A DNA stretch of 64,000 bases from an uncultured Armatimonadetes bacterium (GTDB taxonomy: Bacteria; Armatimonadota; UBA5829; DTJY01), in assembly GCA_963717145.1 (NCBI GenBank), contig OY970325.1, positions 3,456,001-3,520,000 of the forward strand, written 5' to 3'. Shown one piece after another: positions 38,799 to 48,244 of the stretch. Positions within the stretch are counted from its first letter, which is position 1, and each line of letters starts with the position of its first letter. The notes under the pieces were generated by a model. That model saw only the letters and a list, made by a program, of their open reading frames with translations. It was not told where the DNA came from and searched no databases. A program made the translations under genes and the position numbers.

Positions 38799-39884
38799 GT
38801 GAAAACGAGATACCTTCTTCTCTGCGCACTGGTCGTGGCGATCGGTGGATCCATCTTCTGTGCGGGTACCTGGTTCGGCAGGCGACAGGCGCCCCGGCAG
38901 ATGCCCGGAACAGTCCGCGCACAGTCCCCCAAGAGCACCAAGCAGCCTCCCAAGCCTGAGCATCCATCCGCCAAGCCTACCCCTGAAGCGACCAAACCGG
39001 CAGCCGGGCCTTCCCATCCCAGAGCCCGGAGCACCGTCAAGGTAACCGTCAGCGACAAGGAATACGCACGCGGGAAGGTGATCGATCCCTCGGGCAAGGC
39101 GCTCGCGGGGGCCGAGATCACGATCGGCGGCGCGTGGGTGACTCACGCCGTTACAGACTCCGATGGCAAGTTCCGGATCGAGGTCCCGCAGCTCGAATGG
39201 AAGCCTGGCGGGTGAGGCCCCCAGGGATGCACGGCCGGTTCGGTCGTGATGCATATCGAGCACACGGAGAAGAAGCTGGGCTTCGTCCAGGAGATCGATC
39301 GCTACCAACTCATCGGCAAGGGGATCACGGTCAAAGCCGTCCCCGCCCACTCGCCGAAGGTCACTGTCATGGACGTCTGGTGCAAGCCGATTCCCAATGC
39401 GGAGATATGGCTGCGTGAGTTCTACGGCCTGGGCTGGGATGACATACGATGCGGCCAGACCGATGCGAACGGCGAGTACGTCGTCCCCGCGGTCTATGTT
39501 GGCGGGAAGTATGCGTTCCGTGCGGTCGTTCCGGGGTTCTATGGCTATGGGTCCGGCGGGCCGTGCGTCGGCAGCGAGAACTGGATCGACAATGTCGAGG
39601 TCATGCTGGACGCCGCGGAGCACGAGCGCAAGGGCAAGGTGGTGGATGACAAGGGCAAGCCGATCGCGGGCTTCCGGGTCTACACCGACTTCGGGCCGGA
39701 AGCGATCACGGACGCAAAGGGCGAGTTCCTGCTGACCTCGATGCCGAAGGGCCTGGTGATCATCCAAGCACGGAAGGGCGACGTGTGGGGCAGCAATTTC
39801 ATCAAGTCCCGAGTGCTCGACCCCGACAAAAACCCCATCAGAGTCAGCAAGCTCCCTCCCGGCTTCGACCCCGAGAAGTGGTGA
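38799..39884 (+). CDS. Exported protein with three carboxypeptidase-regulatory-like repeats, interrupted by an in-frame TGA at 39213
   Basis: ORFs 38799-39215 and 39246-39884 are in the same frame; GKVID..GKALAGA..TDSDGKF-type repeats occur on both sides of the TGA. Confidence 0.7.
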
Positions 39885-39909
39885 TATGGCAAGGAAAGGA
39901 AGACTCGCA

Positions 39910-42108
39910 ATGAAGATCATCAGGGCATCTCTGGTTCTCGGTCTGGTCTGCGCGGCCTGGTTCCTGCTCGTGGGACAGCGTCCCACTTCGGCCGCGTCGT
40001 TCATCTCGACCGGCGACGGCGGCTGGGAGTGGGTGAAGCCGACGCCCAGCGTGCAGAACTGGCATGCGCTCTTCTTCCTCGACGACAAGACCGGATGGGT
40101 TGTCGGGTGGGACTGCGCCATCCTGAAGACGACCGACGGCGGGAAGCACTGGGCGCCGCAGGGACCGAGGATTCGAAGAGGCCTGGACTCGGTCTTCTTT
40201 ACCGATACGGACCACGGCTGGGCCGCCGGCGAGGGCTTCGAGGGTCGCGATGCCGTCATCCTCAAGACCGACAACGGCGGCGCCACCTGGCGAGTCGTTT
40301 ATGAGAATGAGAGCGCGGGCCTGCACTCGATATTCTTTGTAAACAATATGGTCGGCTGGGCGGTTGGACGCGATAGCACCATCCTGAAGACCACGGATGG
40401 CGGCGAGAACTGGTTCAGACAGGACTGCGGTGTTCCCTTGCAGGACAAGGGCTTCCGATCCTTTGAGGGAGTCTCTTTCCTGAACGAGCGCACTGGCTGT
40501 CTGGTGGCGAATATCAACGGAGGGGTGGATGTCTACAGGACAACAGACGGCGGCGAAAGCTGGACGCACAAACCCATTCAGGCTGAGGGCCATCCCCGCA
40601 GCATGCAATTCGCCGATGCCAACACCGGCTGGATTCTCACAGGGGCGGTTATCCTCCGAACGACTGACGGCGGCAAGACCTGGTCGGAGATCAGTCTCGA
40701 CAAGGTGATCCCTCCCGACGAGAGGTTTGCGGGAAACAGGATACTCGAGAGCTTCCATTTCTGCGACGCGCGGAACGGTATGGCAGCCACCAACGGTGGC
40801 GCGGTACTGCGCACCAGAGATGGTGGCAAGACATGGGTATTGACCCCCAATGTCGCCGGCGAGACGGTTTCCAGTGCCCATGTGCACATGGTAGATGAGA
40901 AGAACGCATGGGCAGCGGGATACGCCGGCCAGATGATGCGGACATCGGATGGCGGAATGACATGGGAGTCGTTGTCGTCGGGCAGGGACGATTTCACGGC
41001 CCGCGTTTTCTTCGTCAGTGCGACGGTGGGCTGGGCGGTCGGCTCGATCGAGAACTCACGGGGTCCTGGCGGGGTCTTGCTCAAGACTCAGGATGGTGGG
41101 CTGACTTGGAACCGGCATCCTGTGAAGCAATCGAATCGCCTCAATGTCCCCTTCTTCCTGGACACAGAGCTAGGCTGGGTTACCACGACCGAGGGCAATG
41201 TCCTCAAGACGACGGATGGCGGAGCGACCTGGCAGGTGCAGTATACGGGTGTGAAGAGCCACCTTACTGGGGTGCACTTCTTGGATTCCCTTGACGGCTG
41301 GGGCGTGGGAGTGGACGGGGTCATCATCCACACTTCCGATGGAGGCAAGACCTGGACCAGACTCGAATCCCAAACGATGGACGGTCTCTCCGGCGTATAC
41401 TTTGCTGACGAGAGAACAGGCTGGGTCTGCGGAAAGAACGGCCGGATCATGAAGACTGCAGACGGTGGCAAGACCTGGAAACGCCAGCCGACTGGAACGG
41501 TGGACTTCCTGGCGGACATGCATTTCATGGACGAGAAGACCGGCTGGGTCTCCGGCGCAAAGGGCCGTATCCTCAAGACGACGGATGGTAGCGAGACGTG
41601 GACACCACAGAAGTCGGGGAAAGAGGAACAGATCACCGGGATCAGCTTCATCAACGAGAGCGAAGGTTGGGGCGTCGGTCTCGGCACAACAGTGGCGCAT
41701 ACGGTGGACGGTGGGCAGACGTGGTCGGCTCAGGATTATGGGACTTGGAACGGGGTATGGGATGTCGGCTTCACCGATCGAGACAACGGCGTGGCGGTCG
41801 GCGGGCCGATTATCCTCCGCACGACGACGGGCGGACTGCCCGGCGCGGTCTGGGCGAAGAAGCAGGAGGACGGGAAGCCTGCGAACTTCGGCCATCTCGT
41901 GATCACGAAGAAGTCCGACGGCTACCTCCTCGCTGAGCACCCGGACTCACGGGTCGGCATCCACATCAAGACCGCCGACTCGAAGCCAAACGTCGGCGAC
42001 TACATCTACATCCACGGCAAGATCGCCACCGAGAACGGCGAGAAGATCATCGCCGCCGACTCGATCGACATCATGTGCGCCGGCTGGGGCATCCTCCCGG
42101 AGAAGTAG
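39910..42108 (+). CDS. Secreted YCF48/BNR-repeat beta-propeller protein, paralog 1
   Basis: Signal peptide, many ILKTTDGG.TW repeats, C-terminal OB-fold-like tail. Confidence 0.88.
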   Translation: MKIIRASLVLGLVCAAWFLLVGQRPTSAASFISTGDGGWEWVKPTPSVQNWHALFFLDDKTGWVVGWDCAILKTTDGGKHWAPQGPRIRRGLDSVFFTDTDHGWAAGEGFEGRDAVILKTDNGGATWRVVYENESAGLHSIFFVNNMVGWAVGRDSTILKTTDGGENWFRQDCGVPLQDKGFRSFEGVSFLNERTGCLVANINGGVDVYRTTDGGESWTHKPIQAEGHPRSMQFADANTGWILTGAVILRTTDGGKTWSEISLDKVIPPDERFAGNRILESFHFCDARNGMAATNGGAVLRTRDGGKTWVLTPNVAGETVSSAHVHMVDEKNAWAAGYAGQMMRTSDGGMTWESLSSGRDDFTARVFFVSATVGWAVGSIENSRGPGGVLLKTQDGGLTWNRHPVKQSNRLNVPFFLDTELGWVTTTEGNVLKTTDGGATWQVQYTGVKSHLTGVHFLDSLDGWGVGVDGVIIHTSDGGKTWTRLESQTMDGLSGVYFADERTGWVCGKNGRIMKTADGGKTWKRQPTGTVDFLADMHFMDEKTGWVSGAKGRILKTTDGSETWTPQKSGKEEQITGISFINESEGWGVGLGTTVAHTVDGGQTWSAQDYGTWNGVWDVGFTDRDNGVAVGGPIILRTTTGGLPGAVWAKKQEDGKPANFGHLVITKKSDGYLLAEHPDSRVGIHIKTADSKPNVGDYIYIHGKIATENGEKIIAADSIDIMCAGWGILPEK

Positions 42109-42125
42109 GTGTTGGGTGTTAGGGA

Positions 42126-42261
42126 ACCGTCAGCCCTGAGTAATGCCGGTGAATGACGGCATGTATCGAAGGGCGGCATGAGGAGCATCAGAGGGTTGGT
42201 GGAGGTTCCACCGTCCTTCGTTACATGCCGTCATTCACCGGCGTTACTCAGGACTAGCGGT
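42126..42261. repeat. REP-like palindrome (same family as 21012)
   Basis: CCTGAGTAATGCCGGTGAATGACGGCATGTA...TACATGCCGTCATTCACCGGCGTTACTCAGG. Confidence 0.88.
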
Positions 42262-42309
42262 CTTCAGTCAGGCAAGGCAGAGGAGTAACAAGTGAACAGG
42301 AGAAACATC

Positions 42310-44527
42310 ATGCGCTATACATGGAGGACCTTGGCAATCGTCGCCGCCCTGGCTGCCGTGACGATGCTTTTCATCTCACATAACTTCGATGGCGGCGCCA
42401 TGCGTCTCGACCGGCGACGGCGGATGGGAGCACATGAAGCCCACACCGACGAGCCAGCAGTGGACGGCGGTACACTTCATCGACGACAAGACAGGTTGGG
42501 TAGTCGGCCCCCACTTCAACATGCTGAAGACCACCGACGGCGGCAAGAACTGGGCCCCGCAGGGATACACCCTCGACAAGTTCGCATACGACATCCATTT
42601 TTCCGACAAGGATCACGGCTGCGTGGTCGGCAGCGGAGGGAACGCCAATCCGGATGGCATCATCCTCAAGACGTCGAACGGCGGAGCCACATGGGAGAAG
42701 GTGCTCGACGGCAAGGTGGACGGCCTCCGATCGGTCTGTTTCGCGAACAACAACATCGGCTGGGCAGTCGGCGGGCAGACCAGCCGAGAGGGCATCATCC
42801 TGAAGACCACCGATGGGGGCGCAACGTGGTTCGAGCAGGACTGTCCGCTTTCTGTTTCCCTCAAGGCGCAAGACAAGCGGTCATTCGTAGGAGTATCGTT
42901 CCCGGATGAGAAGACCGGTTGGGTACTGGCAGGCGTCGGGGGGATGGTCCATCTCTACAAGACGAATGATGGAGGAATGACCTGGTCACACGCATCCCCC
43001 ACGGCCAAGGGATATCCCGTAGGTATCCAGTTCCTGGATGCCAACACCGGCTGGATTCTTGCCCACCAGGCCATCCTCCGGACGACCGATGGCGGCAGGA
43101 GTTGGACCGAGCACCAGTTCGCCGACGTCACTGATGGATGTCACTTCTCTGACGCGCTGAACGGCATCGTATTGATGAATTTCGGCAGCAAGGTGATGCG
43201 CACTCGAGACGGAGGAAAGACCTGGAACCTGGTAACGGGGGCGAAACCGTCCGGATTCAGCCCGGATGTCTGTATGGCCGACCAGAAGACCGGCTGGGTT
43301 GTGGGAGATCAGGTGATACTCCGAACATCTGATGGCGGCTCGACCTGGCAGTCCCAGACCACGCCTCACGGGGACAATGTATACGGTATTCACTACGTCA
43401 ACTCTAAGGTCGCCTGTGCCGTCGGTTACGCCCAGACCGAGTCCGGGCCCACTTGCCTCGTGCTCAACACTGAAGACAACTGGCTGACCTGGAGCCGGCA
43501 GCTTCTCCCGGTGAAGGGCGGGCTCTCCAAGCTCTATTTCGTAGATGCGAACACCGGCTGGGCATGCGGTCCAACCGGCATGATCGTCGCTACCAAAGAT
43601 GGTGGAAAGACCTGGCAGGCCCAGGATACCGGAACGGGCAGCGCTTTCGAGGGCCTGTATTTCCTCGATTCGCAGACCGGCTGGGCAATCGGTCAGGAAG
43701 GCGCGCTGGTAGCGACATCCGACGGCGGGGCGACCTGGACCAAGCTCAGCACCGGCACGATGGATGACATGGCCGGCGTGTTCTTCCTCGATAAGAACAC
43801 CGGTTGGATCAGTGGATTGAAAGGCCGAATAATGAAGACCACGGACGGCGGCAGAACGTGGAAGCGCCAGCCCACCGGCACGACGGCGGGCGTGTCCGAT
43901 GTCTTCTTTGCAGATGAGAGAACCGGCTGGGCCGCGGGAGATGGCACTATCGCGGAGAAAAGAGGCGGCATCCTGCTCAGGACCATCGATGGCGGCAACA
44001 CGTGGACCAAGCAGGATACCGGGATCAAGGATGGCGAGCCGAACACATTCTGGGTTATTCGGTTTCTCAACCAAAAGGAAGGCTGGATCGTGGGCGGCGC
44101 GTTGATTCATACTTCGGACGGCGGACGGAGCTGGAGACCCCAGGCTCCAGGGATGCTTGGGACCTGGGATGTGCAATTCGCCGATGAGGACAACGGATGC
44201 GCTGTTGGCCGGGATGAGATCGTTCGCACGACGACCGGCGGGCACCCGGGCGCGGTCTGGGCGAAGAAGCAGGCGGATGGGAAAGATGCCAACTTCGGGC
44301 ACCTGGTGGTCACGAAGAGGTCGGAGGGCTACCTCCTCGCCGAGCACCCGGACTCACGCATCGGCATCCACGTCAAGGCTTCGGATGCCAAGCCCAATGT
44401 CGGCGACTACATCTACATCCACGGCAAGATCGCCACCGAGGACGGCGAGAAGATCATCGCCGCCGACTCGATCGACATCATGTGCGCCGGATGGGGCATC
44501 CTGCCGGAGAAGGGTGCTGGGTTGTAG
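42310..44527 (+). CDS. Secreted YCF48/BNR-repeat protein, paralog 2 (frameshift near 42380 separates the signal peptide)
   Basis: MRYTWRTLAIVAALAAVTMLF in one frame and TSMAAPCVSTGDGGW in the next; collinear with paralog 1. Confidence 0.85.
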
Positions 44528-44606
44528 GTGTTGGGTGTTGGGGGAACCGTTAGCCCTGAGTGTGCCGGTGAATGACGGCATGTAGTGAGGGCGGCCAGGC
44601 TACGGC

Positions 44607-45641
44607 TCAGACTTCTTCCAGCAGTTCGACTCGGCGCTTCATCTGAGATGACTTGTAGCCGGCGAGCAGTACCGTCAACGCCGCGAGTGCGTGCTCGGGG
44701 GTCACCAGGGGGTCGCGATCCTCGAGGATGCAGTCGAGGAAATCCCGGAGCATGTCGGTCGGCTGATCAACCTCTATGTCGTCCGCCGAGACCTCCCACT
44801 TGCGGCCACCGGTGAGCGAAACGGAGAGCTTCGACGGTGGGCTCGTGATGCGAAGCGCCCCATCGAGGCCGTAGACGTCCACACTGAACCCGCAGCCCGC
44901 ATAGTCCGGCGGCCACGCACTGAACCGAGCGGCCCCGGTGAGCGCAAGGTCGCCCGAGATGTCGTCCATGAACTCGATGCCGAGGAGGGACGTGTCCTCC
45001 GCCTTGTGGAGCGGCTCAATTGCGAACCGGGTGCAGATCGCGTTCACCGCGGCGATCTCCCCGATCAGGTAACGATAGAGATCCACGATCTCGGAGCCGC
45101 ATTCGACCATGATCCCGCCGCCGGCCTTGTCCCACGTGCCCTTCCAGTCGTGCCAGTCATTCATGCGGTCGTAGTCGTCCTTGATCAGCGAGCCGGTCAC
45201 CAGGTACACGTAGCCGAGTTCGTCGTTCTCGATGAGTTGCAGGGCCATCTGGTTGATGGGGTCATACCGCTGAGGGAGCGAGACGAACAGCCGGCCGGTG
45301 GATTCTTCGGACGCCTTGATCATCTCGAGCGCGTCGCGAACCGTGGTGGCGATCGGGGTCTCGCATATGACGTGCTTCCCGGCCTCGAAAGCGGCGAGGG
45401 CGATCGCGCTGTGAGTCGTGGGCGGCGATGCGATGAAGACCACGTCCACGCCGTCATCCACGACCAGGCGGTTGTAGTCGTTCACCGAGAAGCTGCAGCC
45501 GAACGTCGAGGCGAAAGCGTCCCGGGTCAGCCGGTCCGGATCGGCGACCGCAGTGATCCGCACGTCCGGGTATGCCGCCAGTTCCCGCGCGCGGCGCGTG
45601 CCGCTCCTCCCCGCCCCGACTATCCCAACATTCAGCGCCAT
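44607..45641 (-). CDS. Gfo/Idh/MocA family oxidoreductase
   Basis: VGIVGAG, GKHVICETP (EKP variant), GGGIMVECGSE. Confidence 0.85.
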   Translation of the reverse strand: MALNVGIVGAGRSGTRRARELAAYPDVRITAVADPDRLTRDAFASTFGCSFSVNDYNRLVVDDGVDVVFIASPPTTHSAIALAAFEAGKHVICETPIATTVRDALEMIKASEESTGRLFVSLPQRYDPINQMALQLIENDELGYVYLVTGSLIKDDYDRMNDWHDWKGTWDKAGGGIMVECGSEIVDLYRYLIGEIAAVNAICTRFAIEPLHKAEDTSLLGIEFMDDISGDLALTGAARFSAWPPDYAGCGFSVDVYGLDGALRITSPPSKLSVSLTGGRKWEVSADDIEVDQPTDMLRDFLDCILEDRDPLVTPEHALAALTVLLAGYKSSQMKRRVELLEEV

Positions 45642-45728
45642 TGTGTCCCCTCTTGTTTCTAGCCCGTAAGCGAGGGTTCCAAACACCGACACAGCGCTTT
45701 GTGTGTGAGTATGGGAGTGGAAGACTGG

Positions 45729-46481
45729 TCAGTCCGCGGCGAGCGCTTCGAGGACGTCTTCGTCGATGTCGAAGTTCGAGTAGGCCTGCTGCACATCGTC
45801 GAGGTCCTCAATCTGGTCCATCATACGGAGCACCTGGGTTGCTTCCTTGCCTTCGAGCTTGACCATGTTCTTCGGCACCATGGTGGTCTCGGCGCTGATG
45901 AACTCGATCCCCGCGTCGATCAGTGCCTGGCGCACGTTCGGGAGGTCTTCGATCGATGATAGCACCTCGTATGTATCGCCTTCGGTGCTGATGTCATCCG
46001 CGCCGGCATCGAGAGCCGCCAGCATGAGGGTGTCCTCGTCGATCTTGTCCTTCTCGATCGTCACGATCCCCTTGGGGTCGAACATCCAGGCCACGCAGCC
46101 CGACTCGCCGAGACTCCCACCGTTCTTGGTGAACGCGGCCCGCAACTCGGCGACGGTACGATTGCGGTTGTCGGTCAGGCAGTTGACCATGACCGCCACG
46201 CCGCCGGGACCGTATCCCTCCCAGATGATCTCTTCGAAGTTGGCGCCGTCGACGTCACCGCTTCCACGCTGGATCGCGCGTTTGATGTTGTCGGCGGGCA
46301 TGCTGTTCTCTTTTGCCTTCTGGATGGAGAGCTTGAGGCGGTTGTTGGCATCCGGGTTGCCGCCGCCTTCACGGGCCGCGACGATGATCTCGCGCGCAAG
46401 TTTGGTGAAGACCTTGCCGCGCTCGGCGTCCTGTTTGCCTTTTCGAAGCTTGATATTATGCCACTTGGAATGACCTGACAT
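45729..46481 (-). CDS. yebC: YebC/PmpR family protein
   Basis: MSGHSKWHNIK, EGYGPGG, TDNRNRT. Confidence 0.96.
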   Translation of the reverse strand: MSGHSKWHNIKLRKGKQDAERGKVFTKLAREIIVAAREGGGNPDANNRLKLSIQKAKENSMPADNIKRAIQRGSGDVDGANFEEIIWEGYGPGGVAVMVNCLTDNRNRTVAELRAAFTKNGGSLGESGCVAWMFDPKGIVTIEKDKIDEDTLMLAALDAGADDISTEGDTYEVLSSIEDLPNVRQALIDAGIEFISAETTMVPKNMVKLEGKEATQVLRMMDQIEDLDDVQQAYSNFDIDEDVLEALAAD

Positions 46482-46526
46482 GAGCGGAAACTCCCTCGAG
46501 ACACCCTTCGCCAATTCACCTGTCAA

Positions 46527-46593
46527 GGGCGAAGCATTGGCTGCCGATATCGCAGGCCTTCTCTGATGCGGAAAGCCAATGCTTCGCCCCTAC
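46527..46593. repeat. REP palindrome (same family as 12409)
   Basis: GGGCGAAGCATTGGCT...AGCCAATGCTTCGCCCCTAC. Confidence 0.8.
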
Positions 46594-46674
46594 AACAGAC
46601 CTCCGTGCAACGGAAATCGATTTCAAGTATAACATGACGAGGCTGACCCGTCAAATCGCCGACAGATCGATCTG

Positions 46675-47121
46675 TCAAACTCGTCCGAGCAGCGACAAGA
46701 CGTGCACGCCGAACTCCGGGTCCATCACGCGGGTGGCCTCGATGCCGAGCAGTTCGATGATGACCACTTCGAGCACCAGGTAGACCGACATCGCGATCCG
46801 AGGACAGCCGATCATGACCTCTTCGTGATTGCCGATCCCGCCGTGGAAGTGGAGCGACGGCTTGTCATCGATCCAAACGAGCGTCCCGAAGCCGACGAGT
46901 TCCCGGGCGTCGTCGAACTCCTTGACGATCGGGACCACCGTGCCGTGGGTGCTCTCCGGCCCAGTGACGACCTTGCCGCTCCTCATGCCACCGACCGCCA
47001 TCACCGCGCCGACCCTGACGTTCTCCTTCGACGCGATCTCGCTCACCGCGTCGTATATCGACTCGCCGTCACTCAGCCGTGCGAGAAAAACTCGTCCCAA
47101 TGTGCCTTGTGCGTACTCCAT
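46675..47121 (-). CDS. PPC/DUF296 domain protein
   Basis: GRVFLARL..GE, ELVGFGTL, LHFHG, LEVVIIEL. Confidence 0.85.
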   Translation of the reverse strand: MEYAQGTLGRVFLARLSDGESIYDAVSEIASKENVRVGAVMAVGGMRSGKVVTGPESTHGTVVPIVKEFDDARELVGFGTLVWIDDKPSLHFHGGIGNHEEVMIGCPRIAMSVYLVLEVVIIELLGIEATRVMDPEFGVHVLSLLGRV

Positions 47122-47284
47122 GTTGCCCCTCTCCGTGCCCTCTGTGCCTACGTGGTTCCCCACATCCAACTCCTCGGTTCTTTGCGGGCGAACTCGTTTC
47201 CTGCCGATGCCCGCTCGTCCTGAAACGAAAACGGCCTCGATGGGCTATCCCACCGAGGCCGTTCGAATTGAGATGCAACAATCA

Positions 47285-48007
47285 CTATGAACCGGAGGCC
47301 GGTTCGGAGGCAACTTTCTCTGCCAGTTGATCCTTCCTCATCAGGCCGGCGACATCGGTTCCACGATGTGCGACGGAGTGCGCCTTGATGGTGAAGCTCT
47401 TGCTTACCATGAGCACTTTGAACCCCGCCTTGATCGACTGGTCGATGGTCATCACGCCGTCCTCGAGCTTCCACGTGCTCGAGGCGTCGCGAATCTTGCC
47501 ATTCTTCCCCAGGCCGAACGGCATCCCACTCACGTCGATCTTGCCATCGAGTTTACCGATGATCGAGCCGTCGTCGCCAACGGTCAGGACCTCGGTGAGC
47601 TTATGTTCCTGGTCCTTCGGCTGGTTGCTGACGAGTATCTTACCCTTGCCGGCGATGTCATTACAGACAGTTCCGTCCGCCTGGATGGTGGATGCCATCG
47701 TGGTCTCGCCGATGTTCAGGGGCTCGCCGGTCTTCGGATCGAGCCGGTAGTAGGTGAACTTCCCGGTGAACACATTGTCGCCGGTCTTTTCGAACTTGGC
47801 GTGAAAATACTTGTTGTCGGCGTCCTTGCCATCGGTGGTCTGCTGGCACGTGCCTATCCACTCTCCGGTCAAACTCTTGATGAAACCCACGGTCTTCTCC
47901 TGTTGAGCGCACGTGGCGCCGGACAATGCGGATGCGGCAAAAAGGAGGGCGAGTACGCCGATGGCCAGGTATGTAAATCGAGATGAGCTATGGTCGATGT
48001 GAGACAA
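47285..48007 (-). CDS. Hypothetical secreted beta-rich protein
   Basis: Signal peptide, LTGEWIG, SD AGGAGG upstream. Confidence 0.65.
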   Translation of the reverse strand: MSHIDHSSSRFTYLAIGVLALLFAASALSGATCAQQEKTVGFIKSLTGEWIGTCQQTTDGKDADNKYFHAKFEKTGDNVFTGKFTYYRLDPKTGEPLNIGETTMASTIQADGTVCNDIAGKGKILVSNQPKDQEHKLTEVLTVGDDGSIIGKLDGKIDVSGMPFGLGKNGKIRDASSTWKLEDGVMTIDQSIKAGFKVLMVSKSFTIKAHSVAHRGTDVAGLMRKDQLAEKVASEPASGS

Positions 48008-48244
48008 TTTCGAGTCCTCCTGATCTCATCTGTAAGACGGTCCTTTCAGAGTTCATGTTCCGAAGCAAGCATACCTCAAATCGCAGATATGCGCAAGTCA
48101 AACCCAGGTAGTCTACAGAATCTAGTACGATAGAAACGACCATCCGGCTCCCCGAAAAGTGAAAAACGCAAAATGCACCATGTGGAGTGCAAAGTTCAGC
48201 GCGAAGTTCCGATCGCCACCTGTCAGTGTTTCGTTGTCCATTCT

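Noticed and set aside
39910-44527. Diversity-generating retroelement suggested by near-identical 3' segments
   Set aside because: No reverse transcriptase, both copies are coding, and the differences are not adenine-specific.
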